A DNA stretch of 64,000 bases from a virus. This document shows, piece after piece, positions 20,437 to 30,173 of the stretch; positions within the stretch are counted from its first letter, which is position 1, and each line of letters starts with the position of its first letter. The notes below the pieces were generated by a model. The model saw nothing but the letters and a program-made list of their open reading frames with translations. It ran no database searches and had not been told where the DNA came from. The DNA lies in the IMG/VR virus record IMGVR_UViG_3300017782_000002, positions 1-64,000 of that record; one strand, written 5' to 3'. A program made the position numbers and the translations under genes.

Positions 20437-21414
20437 TTATATTGAGTCCTTAATTAGTTTAAACAACTTAGGCTGCACTGCACTGAATCCATACTTGGCA
20501 ACTACATCTGCTATATCTTTCTCTGATTTGAGGTAGATACCGTCAATGTTGTATGCTTTTTTGTATTTATCCATAGCAGCGTGTCCTGCGTCATCATTGT
20601 CTAGCAAAGATAACAATTTTTTGTATTTAGACTGTAGGTTCTGTATAATATACGGTTTGATGATAGTGTTCTCTGAATCAGGAGCTATGACATCTAAGCC
20701 AAAGTTAAATGACTTAAGACACATTGCGTCCTTGAGTGATGAACATATCACTAGATAGTCCTTGTCATACTTGAGTTGTTCAAGTCCTTGAAGGTGGCTA
20801 TCTATCTTAATAAATTTGTAACTCTTCTGCTTGGGTTGATATATCTTGTAACATTCACCACTGTCTGTATAGTAACCATACATCAATTGGTTTCTTATCA
20901 CAAGTTTGTCAATACCTTCAGCTGAAGCTTTGACCATATTATAATATTCAATAGGGTGTACGTTATACTCATTAAGCATAGACGTACCTATATTATATTG
21001 TAACCAGTACTTAGCATCATTTGAATTCCATTCTCTTTTAGAAATATAATCTACTGCATATCTAGATACAGGCTTGTACTCCGGATCAGGCTCAAGAAAT
21101 CCCCCGTCCATAATCCATTTGTTGTAATCCTCTGTAATCTTAAACAATGCCTCACTATATGTTAAATCAAATAGATGTTGAACTATATCAATTTTACTAC
21201 CTTGTTTCCCTGTAGAGAAATCCTTAAATTTATATTCCATACAAGAAGGGTCAAGGTATATATACATGCTTGGCGTGCGCTCACTAGGATTGAATATGGA
21301 TTTGATTTGTATATCTTGTCCGGTCAATTGTTCAGGCAGGCTAAGGTAGTATTGAAATACCCAACCACTCTTGATCTCTTCATGTTGACTGATAAAATTC
21401 TTTGTACTAAACAT
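20437..21414 (-). CDS. DNA primase (crAss-type Toprim)
   Basis: SIFNPSERTPS, FKDFSTG, ICSSLKDAMCL, APDSEN, LDNDDAG and KDIAD motifs. Confidence 0.85.
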   Translation of the reverse strand: MFSTKNFISQHEEIKSGWVFQYYLSLPEQLTGQDIQIKSIFNPSERTPSMYIYLDPSCMEYKFKDFSTGKQGSKIDIVQHLFDLTYSEALFKITEDYNKWIMDGGFLEPDPEYKPVSRYAVDYISKREWNSNDAKYWLQYNIGTSMLNEYNVHPIEYYNMVKASAEGIDKLVIRNQLMYGYYTDSGECYKIYQPKQKSYKFIKIDSHLQGLEQLKYDKDYLVICSSLKDAMCLKSFNFGLDVIAPDSENTIIKPYIIQNLQSKYKKLLSLLDNDDAGHAAMDKYKKAYNIDGIYLKSEKDIADVVAKYGFSAVQPKLFKLIKDSI

Positions 21415-21421
21415 AATAAAT

Positions 21422-21442
21422 GAGGGGGCATGATACCCCCTC
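21422..21442. terminator. Hairpin terminator
   Basis: GAGGGGG-CATGATA-CCCCCTC flanked by A/T tracts. Confidence 0.6.
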
Positions 21443-21449
21443 TATTTAA

Positions 21450-22130
21450 TTATAATTCAAAGTCAGATGCTCCACCATTAGAAGCAACAGGCTCAAATGT
21501 AGCTGCCGCTTTAGGCGCATCATTTGTCTTGTTGATACTTCTCACATGTGTAGCTTTGTCAAACTTAATTAATCTAGTATTATCTACACCTAACTTCTCC
21601 ATTGGTACACCATCTCTAGATAGTTTAGGTAAGTATAGATCATTGTTAACATAACCTTCTTTGTTTTCCCATTCACGTGAACCTAAACATACGTTAAAGA
21701 ATTCACTGTTAGAAAACAAACCATTACATTTAGTAATAAAGTCCTCAATTGTAGCAGCTTCTATAGCATCTAGCTTTTCACGGCCACCAACAACTTCACT
21801 AACAAATATCATAGCTTTTAAGATCTCTTGATCTTTACTTATCTCTCTACCATTATCTAATGTAGCATCTTTGTAAGGAAATGGAGACATTCTTACTCTT
21901 GCAATCTGACCATCATATCTTCCTAATGACTCATTATTTTGGTCACGTAGGAATCCTTCAAAGTCTCCTTTGATAGGCTCACTTTCTACATGTAGATGTA
22001 TCTGATATGCATTAGCATCCCACGGAGTCTTGTCCATAGATATACTATTAATTCTTACTACTGCGTTGCCTGGTCCCATTAAAGGTCTAAGCTTGCCACC
22101 ACCTGTGGCCATGTCTTTTGTACTTAACAT
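21450..22130 (-). CDS. Putative ssDNA-binding/recombination protein
   Basis: Lies between AAA_24 and primase; flexible C-tail ending SDFEL. Confidence 0.45.
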   Translation of the reverse strand: MLSTKDMATGGGKLRPLMGPGNAVVRINSISMDKTPWDANAYQIHLHVESEPIKGDFEGFLRDQNNESLGRYDGQIARVRMSPFPYKDATLDNGREISKDQEILKAMIFVSEVVGGREKLDAIEAATIEDFITKCNGLFSNSEFFNVCLGSREWENKEGYVNNDLYLPKLSRDGVPMEKLGVDNTRLIKFDKATHVRSINKTNDAPKAAATFEPVASNGGASDFEL

Positions 22131-22158
22131 ACTTTCTTTTTTTTAATTAATTAATTGA

Positions 22159-22839
22159 TTATTGTTCATACTCTGTTATACAGTCTTTCACAAACTGTAA
22201 GTCATTATCTATAAATGGTTCTTTAAACATGTCAATTGGAGACTTACATGTGTTCTCTCCATTATTAACTGTATCAAACCCATACTCTAGTCCATCATCA
22301 GTTTTGTTTACTCTACCAAATAATACTATAGAAAACAAACCTTCTAGTGTTAAAGTGTTGTCAATCATTTTACCTATTGTCTTAGCTTTAACTTTTCTAT
22401 TACCATTACCGTCTACTGAATCTTCTGAGTGAGTCAAGAAAAATATAGTTAAGTCTTCTCTCATATCTTTAGGCATCTTAGCAACCTGTGCTAAGTTAGC
22501 TGCAATCTGAGTAAACTTATCATATCCCTTTTCATGTGCTCTGTCAAAGTATTCAAAACTAGACATGTACTGCCAGTCATCTATGACTAACGTTTTTATA
22601 TGAGGCATCTTATCATTAACATGATTCATAGCCTTAATGATACCTGCAGCTGAACTAGCAGATGTCATGTTACCTTTAGGAGTTTCCTTAGATATACTAG
22701 TATAATTCTTTTTCCATCCCTTAAATGGTAAAGGTTTGTTAGCTATGTTAATTATAAATGTTTCTTTAGGATTTAATTTCCTAATTGATGTAGACTTTCC
22801 AGTCCCTGAGTCAGCTATGACTAATACGCTTTGTGCCAT
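22159..22839 (-). CDS. AAA_24/Sak4-like P-loop ATPase
   Basis: IADSGTGKSTS, LVIDDWQY, FLTHSE, KTIGKMID and LEGLFSIVLF motifs. Confidence 0.85.
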   Translation of the reverse strand: MAQSVLVIADSGTGKSTSIRKLNPKETFIINIANKPLPFKGWKKNYTSISKETPKGNMTSASSAAGIIKAMNHVNDKMPHIKTLVIDDWQYMSSFEYFDRAHEKGYDKFTQIAANLAQVAKMPKDMREDLTIFFLTHSEDSVDGNGNRKVKAKTIGKMIDNTLTLEGLFSIVLFGRVNKTDDGLEYGFDTVNNGENTCKSPIDMFKEPFIDNDLQFVKDCITEYEQ

Positions 22840-22840
22840 T

Positions 22841-23326
22841 CTATTTTAATTTTGAGTTAATACTTAATAATGCTCTTTCTATTCCTTTTAATACATCAAC
22901 TATGTCCCTCTCTGTCTCCGGGTTAGGTAATGTAGTAAACTCTTTGCTTACAGCAGCTTCAACAGTATTCCTAGATGTTACATCATTTAGTGCTTTTAAT
23001 TCACTGACAGGTACAATGTGTCTCTGAAATCCTGAGTTACTTGTAATCATTTCATACTCATCTTTCCAATGAGGATTATACTTAAGTAAGTATAGTGTTC
23101 TCTTTGGATCTTCTGATTTATAATCAATGCTAACAAATTCTGTATATATATCCATATTATTTTCTAGTTCACTAGGGAAGAATGTAATATGTAATTCATC
23201 TTTACCTTGAGGTCTATATGCCATCTTAGGTATGTACGCAGGCTTGTTTATCTTTTCATTTTTAAAATAATCAGCATGCTCTTTATATAATTCTTTAATA
23301 CTTGCTTTACGTTCTTGTGGTGTCAT
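22841..23326 (-). CDS. Hypothetical protein (start MTPQERK)
   Basis: The upstream extension in the ORF track overlaps dnaB out of frame; start lies 10 nt after the dnaB stop. Confidence 0.7.
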   Translation of the reverse strand: MTPQERKASIKELYKEHADYFKNEKINKPAYIPKMAYRPQGKDELHITFFPSELENNMDIYTEFVSIDYKSEDPKRTLYLLKYNPHWKDEYEMITSNSGFQRHIVPVSELKALNDVTSRNTVEAAVSKEFTTLPNPETERDIVDVLKGIERALLSINSKLK

Positions 23327-23336
23327 ATATTTTATT

Positions 23337-24287
23337 TTATTGTCTAACTTGTTGAGGTGGCGTGTCCATCTCCATAATTTCCATACGTTCAAATGCTGCT
23401 TTAAAGAATGACATACGTGCATCACCATTTCTTGCTTTAAGAAAGTGAAGCACAAGAGTCTTGTCATCTTGTATAACATATCTGTCTGGACCATAAAATC
23501 TAATCTTCTGCTTAGCTGGCCTGTTAATACCAATCAATGTGTCAGCATGTTGTAACATTGCATCTGAGCCAAATATATCTGACTCAAGTACATAGTTACC
23601 ATACTTGCCATCAACTGCACGATCAGGATTATCTATGTTCCTATTCAATTGAGACAATGCTATAAACATTACAGGATACTCACGCTTAACTTGTGTAAAG
23701 AATTCACCTAACTCAAACAACATGTCTAATCTATTGTTTTGATATGGTGCTCTCTTTACTAGAATAGTATGGTCTAATGTTATTATAGTCTTTTGTCCTC
23801 TGTGCTCATTCATATAAGCATCAACTTGTTCTCTCATTTGATTGACAGTCATAGGTGTAGATATAATATCAACCGGGTTCTTAACTCTAGTCTTTGCATA
23901 CTGATGACACTTGTCAAAGGTTTGCTGATCTAGTATAGTACCTGCACTACATAGTTCTTTATATGTTTTACCTGTAATTGAACTAAACTCTCTTATTGCT
24001 GATGTTCTACCCACCATCTCAAACTGAAACTCAAGTACACGGTAATCCTCTGCAGGATTATGTATAAATGATTCTCTAATGATCTGATCTTTTATCAATG
24101 TTTTACCTGAACCAGGTCTACCACCTATAACAGTTAATGTATTCCATTCTAAACCGTCAGTGATTGCGTCATTGAACTTAGGCCATGGAGTCTGTATGGA
24201 TTTCTCCTTACCACTCTGCCTATCAAGCATATATTTAAGTGCCTCATTAAAGGCTGTGTATTGTCCGCCCCATGCGTTATCACTCAT
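23337..24287 (-). CDS. dnaB: Replicative DnaB-like helicase (SF4)
   Basis: IGGRPGSGKT, FQFEM, ITLDH, LSQLNR, SDAMLQHAD and LKARNG motifs. Confidence 0.9.
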   Translation of the reverse strand: MSDNAWGGQYTAFNEALKYMLDRQSGKEKSIQTPWPKFNDAITDGLEWNTLTVIGGRPGSGKTLIKDQIIRESFIHNPAEDYRVLEFQFEMVGRTSAIREFSSITGKTYKELCSAGTILDQQTFDKCHQYAKTRVKNPVDIISTPMTVNQMREQVDAYMNEHRGQKTIITLDHTILVKRAPYQNNRLDMLFELGEFFTQVKREYPVMFIALSQLNRNIDNPDRAVDGKYGNYVLESDIFGSDAMLQHADTLIGINRPAKQKIRFYGPDRYVIQDDKTLVLHFLKARNGDARMSFFKAAFERMEIMEMDTPPQQVRQ

Positions 24288-24877
24288 ACTACTTTCTCTT
24301 TAAAATGGTTATTGTTATCATCTGTTCCTTCTTTAATCATGTCACAATAATCAGCTAGCTCTGACACTTTCTGCTTATTAGGTGCAGTCTTTACAATAAA
24401 GTATTGACTAGTTTTCATGTACATATAATTATTATCTTCATACTCATTAAGATACTTACGTGTTGCTGCATATATATCAGACCAAGTATAATCATATGTA
24501 TCAAAGAACCAACGAAAACAATCAATAAGGGTTTTTTCATTTACTCTTGCAGGCTTACCACTTGGTAGTTTCATTTTAGGAAACATAGTTCTGTAGTTTT
24601 GCACTGACACAGTATAATCTTTACCCATCAATTGTATACTAGTTCTTTTCTTTGCTTTAACAAAGTAGTTGTTATACTTTGCCATGATTTTTTTACCAGC
24701 TGGAGTGATAATATATTTACTCTCCACCTTCTTCATATATCCTTCAGCAAGTAAACCTCTTAACTCTAAGTGAGGATTTATCTGTGATATAGCAAGGCTC
24801 TGATCAAATGCATATAATAATAACAGCTGATTAGGCGTTATCTTGTCTTGTAGTATTTTCTGTAATATCTCCCACAT
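24284..24877 (-). CDS. Hypothetical protein, possible winged-helix replication initiator or helicase loader
   Basis: Coupled to dnaB; YIITPAGKK wing-like segment, LPSGKPAR motif. Confidence 0.5.
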   Translation of the reverse strand: MWEILQKILQDKITPNQLLLLYAFDQSLAISQINPHLELRGLLAEGYMKKVESKYIITPAGKKIMAKYNNYFVKAKKRTSIQLMGKDYTVSVQNYRTMFPKMKLPSGKPARVNEKTLIDCFRWFFDTYDYTWSDIYAATRKYLNEYEDNNYMYMKTSQYFIVKTAPNKQKVSELADYCDMIKEGTDDNNNHFKEKVV

Positions 24878-25304
24878 GTGTTAAATAATAATTAGTTAAG
24901 TATCTGTATCTTTCTAGTAAGTATGGGTTATACCCATCTAATGCATCTTGTGTTTTCTTTATGCTGCTAATAACTGTAGCATGATTCTTTAATAAACTTC
25001 TACCTATATCTAATTTAGAATGACCATGCATCCATGCAATGTAAGCAAAGACTTGTTGCCAAGATACAAACTCTCTCTTTCTAGATTTATTTCTAATAGA
25101 TAAATACTTTTGTAATGCATAATCATAGTCACACATAGCGTGATATGTCTCATCTCTAAGTATTTCTAAAGCAATCTTATTACCACTTTTTTGGTCCAAT
25201 ATAGTACCACCAAGTATAACATTAACGTCAAGGTTATACTTATGCTTAACCCTTTTTACAAAGTCCTGAGTTTCAGTGGCTAAGCTATTTTTTTCTATAG
25301 TCAT
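24831..25304 (-). CDS. DnaA domain IV-like HTH protein
   Basis: SRKREFVSWQQVFAYIAWMHGHSKLDIGRSLLKNHATVISSIKK resembles DnaA-C (R..I...RQ.AMY......S...IG......HTTV.H...K). Confidence 0.65.
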   Translation of the reverse strand: MTIEKNSLATETQDFVKRVKHKYNLDVNVILGGTILDQKSGNKIALEILRDETYHAMCDYDYALQKYLSIRNKSRKREFVSWQQVFAYIAWMHGHSKLDIGRSLLKNHATVISSIKKTQDALDGYNPYLLERYRYLTNYYLTHVGDITENTTRQDNA

Positions 25305-25323
25305 ATGTCTTAATTTTGGTTTA

Positions 25324-25382
25324 CAAATATAATAAATTTTGTGTTAATATCTTGTGTATTTACTAGAGAATATATATCTTTG
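25324..25382. promoter_or_regulatory. Back-to-back divergent -7 promoter elements
   Basis: TATATTTG on - strand (25324-25331) and TATCTTTG on + strand (25375-25382), the latter with CTTG about 20 nt upstream. Confidence 0.65.
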
Positions 25383-25398
25383 TAGCAAATAATATATT

Positions 25399-26043
25399 AT
25401 GAGTGAAGAATACACAGAAGAACAAATAGCACAGATGAAAATGAAAGCTGCGCTGGAAGCATCAGAAGCATTACCAAGTGATACATTTGCTGCTGTACCT
25501 GATGAAGAAATAGTTACTCTTGAAGTATCAGGCCAATTTGGGCGTGTACTAAATAGAGTTGTTGAATATCTATATCAGTGTGAAGATGAAAAAACTGTAA
25601 TAAAATCAGCAAACTTAGTTGCTAATAACTTTGAAGGTTTAAAACCTGATGAAATAAACTTACATGCTTTATCTTTATGGGCTATGTCAAACCTACTAGC
25701 AAATTTTAGTATGCAAGCAGGTATACAAAACAAAACCAAAATATATGACAAGGATAAAATCATGACACATATATTTGGTGGTGTTACTAGTGATGACCCA
25801 CTAACTCCTCTAACTCCTGAAGAATTAGAAGAAAGAAAATTAAAAGTTAAGCCATCAGATAAACCAAGAGAAGAAGCAATTGTTAATCTTGATGATGTTG
25901 ATGCTGAAAAAGCAAGAGATGCTAGAAGAGCACACAGACATGCACAACGTGCTAAATCAATGAGAGGTCCTAAAAATTATATTAGTGATGAAGAGTTATC
26001 TGCTAGAGAAAGTAAGGCTAAAGACTCTAATCCCGAAGATTAG
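25399..26043 (+). CDS. Hypothetical protein, lone + strand gene in the replication block
   Basis: 214-aa ORF with its own promoter and phage-like codon usage. Confidence 0.75.
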   Translation: MSEEYTEEQIAQMKMKAALEASEALPSDTFAAVPDEEIVTLEVSGQFGRVLNRVVEYLYQCEDEKTVIKSANLVANNFEGLKPDEINLHALSLWAMSNLLANFSMQAGIQNKTKIYDKDKIMTHIFGGVTSDDPLTPLTPEELEERKLKVKPSDKPREEAIVNLDDVDAEKARDARRAHRHAQRAKSMRGPKNYISDEELSARESKAKDSNPED

Positions 26044-26386
26044 AACCAAGGAAATCACCCATAGTAAGTATAACTTGTATTACACTACTTAACTCATGCT
26101 TATCACAATCTGCAAATGATTTATCAATGTCAGCTCTCTCTTTGACTTGAGCTTTCATTGACATAGTATCTTCACCTACATCATCAGCTAACTGTCTGAT
26201 CATAGCATGTATCTTAGCTAACTGAGCTTTACTACCTTTACTACCAGACACATCCATAAATATATCTACTTTGGTGTCTTCAGGTAATGACTTGACATAC
26301 TCTTTATACAATTGTTCTTTTGCATCTAAAGTATGTACAAGCTTATCACCTTTCTTTATTAATATTGATGTAAAAATCTTTTTCAT
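26027..26386 (-). CDS. Hypothetical protein (NinB/Orf-like)
   Basis: SKAQLAKIHAMIRQLADDVG...MKAQVKE...SFADCDKHELS. Confidence 0.5.
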   Translation of the reverse strand: MKKIFTSILIKKGDKLVHTLDAKEQLYKEYVKSLPEDTKVDIFMDVSGSKGSKAQLAKIHAMIRQLADDVGEDTMSMKAQVKERADIDKSFADCDKHELSSVIQVILTMGDFLGSNLRD

Positions 26387-26478
26387 TTCTTTTTATCTTT
26401 ATCTAAACAGTGATGCCAATACATTCCTGATACTAGACCTATAATAAAAACTATTAATGTTATTATAAATTCTCCCAT
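26383..26478 (-). CDS. 31-aa single-TM peptide (not in ORF track)
   Basis: MGEFIITLIVFIIGLVSGMYWHHCLDKDKKK; ATGA overlap with the 26386 start. Confidence 0.65.
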   Translation of the reverse strand: MGEFIITLIVFIIGLVSGMYWHHCLDKDKKK

Positions 26479-26479
26479 A

Positions 26480-26695
26480 TTATCTAAACCTTACGGTATT
26501 TGCATCAACTAATACAAACTCCTGGGCACAGCCATTACATTTTATATCAGTTGAAGAGTTAAACTTCAGTTTATTTGTAAAACAGTTGGGACACTTTATA
26601 TCTAAAGACACTGGTTCTTTAGGTACATGATGTGACACCATCTCATACAATTCTTTCTCACGCATTTCTGCCCATAGTTGTTTCATTTTACCCAT
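26480..26695 (-). CDS. Small zinc-ribbon protein
   Basis: CPNC...CNGC. Confidence 0.65.
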   Translation of the reverse strand: MGKMKQLWAEMREKELYEMVSHHVPKEPVSLDIKCPNCFTNKLKFNSSTDIKCNGCAQEFVLVDANTVRFR

Positions 26696-26877
26696 ATCAT
26701 ACGTCTTAATTCTTTACCTATAACAAAGATAAATAGTTCTAATAATAAAACAATACATGCTCTTGCAAATTCTCCTTGGAATAATAAGTACAAGAATACT
26801 GCAGCTGTACAAGTAGCAATAAGATATACTACACATATTGCTAGCATAATCATAAACATTTTCTTTTTGTGTTCCAT
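26683..26877 (-). CDS. Small two-TM membrane protein
   Basis: Two hydrophobic stretches with basic flanks. Confidence 0.6.
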   Translation of the reverse strand: MEHKKKMFMIMLAICVVYLIATCTAAVFLYLLFQGEFARACIVLLLELFIFVIGKELRRMIWVK

Positions 26878-26879
26878 AT

Positions 26880-27977
26880 TTAATTATCTAAAGGGTTATA
26901 ATATTTAATTTTACTCTTATCAAAGCTAGATAATGCTGACTCAACCCATTTTTCATCTATTGTATCTTTATAACATAAGATGTGACATGTTGCAGTCTCT
27001 CTTGGATTAAGGCGTAACAGCCTACCTATACGTTGTGATGATTTTCTATTGTTACCATATGCATGCAAGATAATACCTTGCTTAAGCCCAGGTATACTAA
27101 CACCTTCACTTAATTGTAATACACACGATAGCTGATCAATTCTACCATCACTAAATAGTTCTAAGTTTTCTTCTGAACTACTATTACCTGAATGATAACT
27201 ATGCTTACATATTCTATCTGCTTGTTTCTGAGTGTTAGCAAATACTATACATTTCTGATTCATATGCTTAAGCATTCCCTTGGCATATGCTTCTTTAGAT
27301 GTATACTCCATCATAGATCTCATTCTCATAATACTATTAAATTGCTTTTGTTTTTGTGTGCCAGACTCATGGACCCTCTTGCTAGAGTATTCATAGTCTT
27401 TCTTCTCACTAGTATACCATTGTCTACCATCTTTAGTTTTCTTTTGTAAACTTGAGACTTTAGACAACTCTAACTGGTGTATAATTATCTGATACTGATT
27501 AAGAATCTTATTATCAGAGGCATCATCAACACTGAAAGTATATTTAATAGGACAATACTTGTTGACCATGAAGTATTTATCTGTACCTCTCCTCTCTGGT
27601 GGTGTCCCGGTTAAACCTAGGATCTTACCAGTGTATTGAGATAAGAATAACTCATGACCTAACAACAAACTGTGGCATTCGTCCAAGTATACCACATCAT
27701 AATCATTTGGATTATGCTTATTTATACTGAGATACGTAGTGTAAGTGATGTGACTACCTAGGTAATCATTATCTATCTTAGCTATCTCATCTTTCCACGA
27801 TTGAAATATAGACTTCTTTGGTGCTACTACTAAATAGCTTACCATTGGGTTAAAGTTCTTGATCATGTGCTGGAGACCTATTCTAGTCTTACCTACGCCC
27901 ATAGATATACCTAAACCACAACGTTTATTATTAGTAGCAATTCCAAGAGCCTGCTCCTGAACTTGTTCTCTACTCAT
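26880..27977 (-). CDS. Superfamily 2 helicase
   Basis: MGVGKT, LDECH, GLTGTP, EGVSIP and QRIGRLLR motifs. Confidence 0.88.
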   Translation of the reverse strand: MSREQVQEQALGIATNNKRCGLGISMGVGKTRIGLQHMIKNFNPMVSYLVVAPKKSIFQSWKDEIAKIDNDYLGSHITYTTYLSINKHNPNDYDVVYLDECHSLLLGHELFLSQYTGKILGLTGTPPERRGTDKYFMVNKYCPIKYTFSVDDASDNKILNQYQIIIHQLELSKVSSLQKKTKDGRQWYTSEKKDYEYSSKRVHESGTQKQKQFNSIMRMRSMMEYTSKEAYAKGMLKHMNQKCIVFANTQKQADRICKHSYHSGNSSSEENLELFSDGRIDQLSCVLQLSEGVSIPGLKQGIILHAYGNNRKSSQRIGRLLRLNPRETATCHILCYKDTIDEKWVESALSSFDKSKIKYYNPLDN

Positions 27978-28212
27978 TGATGTCTTCTATGTTTATACCA
28001 TGTCTTTTACAGATTTTGTCTAATTGTTGTTGTAATACGTTTTTAGACGGCTTTGTGCCTGTAAATATGGTGTTTTTGATTGAACCATTGCCTATAACAG
28101 TGCTGCCACTGTATTTTTGAATAGTTTTATTTAGATTCCTAGCAATTTCTAATGCTTTATCTCTGTCTGTCATAATATAATATGTTTTAGTCTCTCTTCT
28201 GTGAATAACCAA
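27970..28212 (-). CDS. Hypothetical protein
   Basis: ORF in a tightly packed operon; true start may be internal (MTDRDK). Confidence 0.55.
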   Translation of the reverse strand: MVIHRRETKTYYIMTDRDKALEIARNLNKTIQKYSGSTVIGNGSIKNTIFTGTKPSKNVLQQQLDKICKRHGINIEDINE

Positions 28213-28609
28213 GCTCTATAGCTTCTTTTGGGTGTTCTTCTATCCATATGTGACATGTCCTGCACACTGATAACCATGTGGTTGGATCATTATGATATTT
28301 GCCTCTGCCTGCCTTGTGGTGGATGTCGTGCGATGATAGTGAACAACCTGTTAAGCGTGCTTGACACATTGGATACCGTTCTAAGTATGTTTTTCTGAGT
28401 GCTGAATAGACTGTATCAAGAGCATTCATCTTGGATGATTTCTTTCTCATTGGTTTTTGAGAATGCTTGATAGGTGTACGCTTGATAGGTTTTGTTGGGA
28501 CCTTAGTTAGCCAACAAGCCTTACAATATCTATACCCTCCATCATTCTTCCAGATGAATTGCTCTTTGTTACAGCCAACACACAGTTTACGTTTAGGTTT
28601 TATTGCCAT
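28187..28609 (-). CDS. Zinc-finger HNH endonuclease
   Basis: CVGC..CKAC, CQARLTGC...DIHHKAGRG...VCRTCHIWIE. Confidence 0.75.
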   Translation of the reverse strand: MAIKPKRKLCVGCNKEQFIWKNDGGYRYCKACWLTKVPTKPIKRTPIKHSQKPMRKKSSKMNALDTVYSALRKTYLERYPMCQARLTGCSLSSHDIHHKAGRGKYHNDPTTWLSVCRTCHIWIEEHPKEAIELGYSQKRD

Positions 28610-28631
28610 TTGTCTCTAGTTTTACCAAGTA

Positions 28632-28639
28632 CAAATATA
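28632..28639 (-). promoter_or_regulatory. -7 promoter element (TATATTTG on - strand)
   Basis: TAnnTTTG match 23 nt upstream of the 28609 start. Confidence 0.55.
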
Positions 28640-28673
28640 ACAATTAACCACAATATAACTGATACTATGTATA

Positions 28674-29171
28674 TCATATCTCCTTTAGATTAAAGTAATT
28701 CTTAGGTAATAATCCTTCAGTATAGAACTTGATAATCAAATCCTCATACTTGATACCTAATACCTTGAGTGACATCTTGTTAATGAACTGATCATCTGTA
28801 TCCTCAATTGGTGTATTTAATATACTCTTAGCTAATGGACTATGATCAAACACAGCCAAGATCTCATTGGATCTCTTATTACATATACGTTGCTTAAATC
28901 TATTGATAACTCTTTGGGCTCTCCTCCATACTTTCTTTATCCTTCTCTTCTTGTCCCAGTGCATAGTCTCTAATTGTTCATGATCATATGCGTTAAGTCC
29001 ATGTAGTACTCTCTTAAATAAGAATACTTGATGTGTGTTTAGTTCTGTGTATACAATAGTTTGTACAACTTTACTGCTAACTGTTTGATATTCAGATAAC
29101 ATACCTAAGTATGTGTATCTCTCTATTTCTCTCTGTTGATTTAATTTATTTAACTGCTGTTGTGTTAACAT
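28674..29171 (-). CDS. Hypothetical protein
   Basis: 165-aa ORF with a basic helix WDKKRRIKKVWRRAQ. Confidence 0.7.
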   Translation of the reverse strand: MLTQQQLNKLNQQREIERYTYLGMLSEYQTVSSKVVQTIVYTELNTHQVFLFKRVLHGLNAYDHEQLETMHWDKKRRIKKVWRRAQRVINRFKQRICNKRSNEILAVFDHSPLAKSILNTPIEDTDDQFINKMSLKVLGIKYEDLIIKFYTEGLLPKNYFNLKEI

Positions 29172-29228
29172 GATTTTATTTATTTATAGTTTACATTTAA
29201 TTTATTATTTACGTAATATTTGTTTATA

Positions 29229-29301
29229 TAAAAGGAAGAGAAGAGTGGCACAAAAACATTTAATAATTATTATTAGCCACAAATGGCATACCACTCCTCT
29301 C
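29229..29301 (-). terminator. Long large-loop hairpin with U-rich tail
   Basis: GAGAGGAGTGG...CCACTCTTCTC (11 bp, one G-U on - strand) followed by TTCCTTTT. Confidence 0.55.
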
Positions 29302-29319
29302 AACCTATAAAATTAAAGA

Positions 29320-30087
29320 TTAAAGATCAAACTTGATGTCGTCTTCATCTGCATCAACCTCTACTAATTCTTCAGTATCTATATCATCATTTAATATAGT
29401 TTCATCAGGTACAGTAGTGTCAGTATCAACTTCTTCTTCATCATCATCCTCATCAAAAGGATTGTTAGCACCTATAGTATTCTCTTGTTCATATCCTACT
29501 GGTGTCTCAACTTCATCTGATTCAGCATCTTCTGACTCAACTTCTGCAATCATTTCTTCTAAGTTTCTTTGATTGGCAGGCTGTCCATTAACAGAGTCTT
29601 CATCACTAATCATACTATTTATAAAGTCAGCTTCAGCTTCTTTGCTGCCTTCAACCATAGCATTACGGATGTCTTCACTGTTTGTATGAGCTACGAACTC
29701 ATCTACTTCAAGCATTGTAGGATCATAGAAACCTTTTCTATAAATAGGTTCTCCATGTCTTGCACATATAAGTGCATCATCACCGCTACCAGCTCTCTTT
29801 AAATCCATATCAGGATTCTCTAAGTTAAATGGTGTTGTTGATTCTTTCACTACTATTTGACCAGGTAAGTAATCTTTGTTAGCTATACCTATATCTTGTA
29901 TACTTTCAACCTTACCATGAAGTAATGCATGTACTGTCTTGCTGTTGACCCAACCTTTAGGACTGATGACAGTCTTTTGTTGTCTTAGCAATACATGTGC
30001 AAACTCTGGATTGTTGGTTGATACTCTAATTTTAGCACCTAAATCATTAGGTACAATTTCTACTAAATTTTCTTTCTTGTCTGACAT
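29320..30087 (-). CDS. Putative ssDNA-binding protein with long acidic tail
   Basis: Beta-rich N-domain (STNNPEF..RQ..GW..ALLHG..PGQIVVKES..PIYR) and a very acidic C-tail ending DDIKFDL. Confidence 0.55.
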   Translation of the reverse strand: MSDKKENLVEIVPNDLGAKIRVSTNNPEFAHVLLRQQKTVISPKGWVNSKTVHALLHGKVESIQDIGIANKDYLPGQIVVKESTTPFNLENPDMDLKRAGSGDDALICARHGEPIYRKGFYDPTMLEVDEFVAHTNSEDIRNAMVEGSKEAEADFINSMISDEDSVNGQPANQRNLEEMIAEVESEDAESDEVETPVGYEQENTIGANNPFDEDDDEEEVDTDTTVPDETILNDDIDTEELVEVDADEDDIKFDL

Positions 30088-30107
30088 AATTTAAATAAAA
30101 GGGTTAA

Positions 30108-30141
30108 TAAAAGGGAAAGGCCGCATGTATAATATGCAGCC
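30108..30141 (-). terminator. Intrinsic terminator
   Basis: GGCTGCAT-ATTATAC-ATGCGGCC followed by TTTCCCTTTT on - strand. Confidence 0.7.
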
Positions 30142-30173
30142 TAACTAGGAATTCTTATGTATATCAGATGATG

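Noticed and set aside
23327-23533. Long N-terminal extension of the 22841 ORF
   Set aside because: It is an out-of-frame overlap with dnaB and reads as non-protein-like; a good start exists at 23326.
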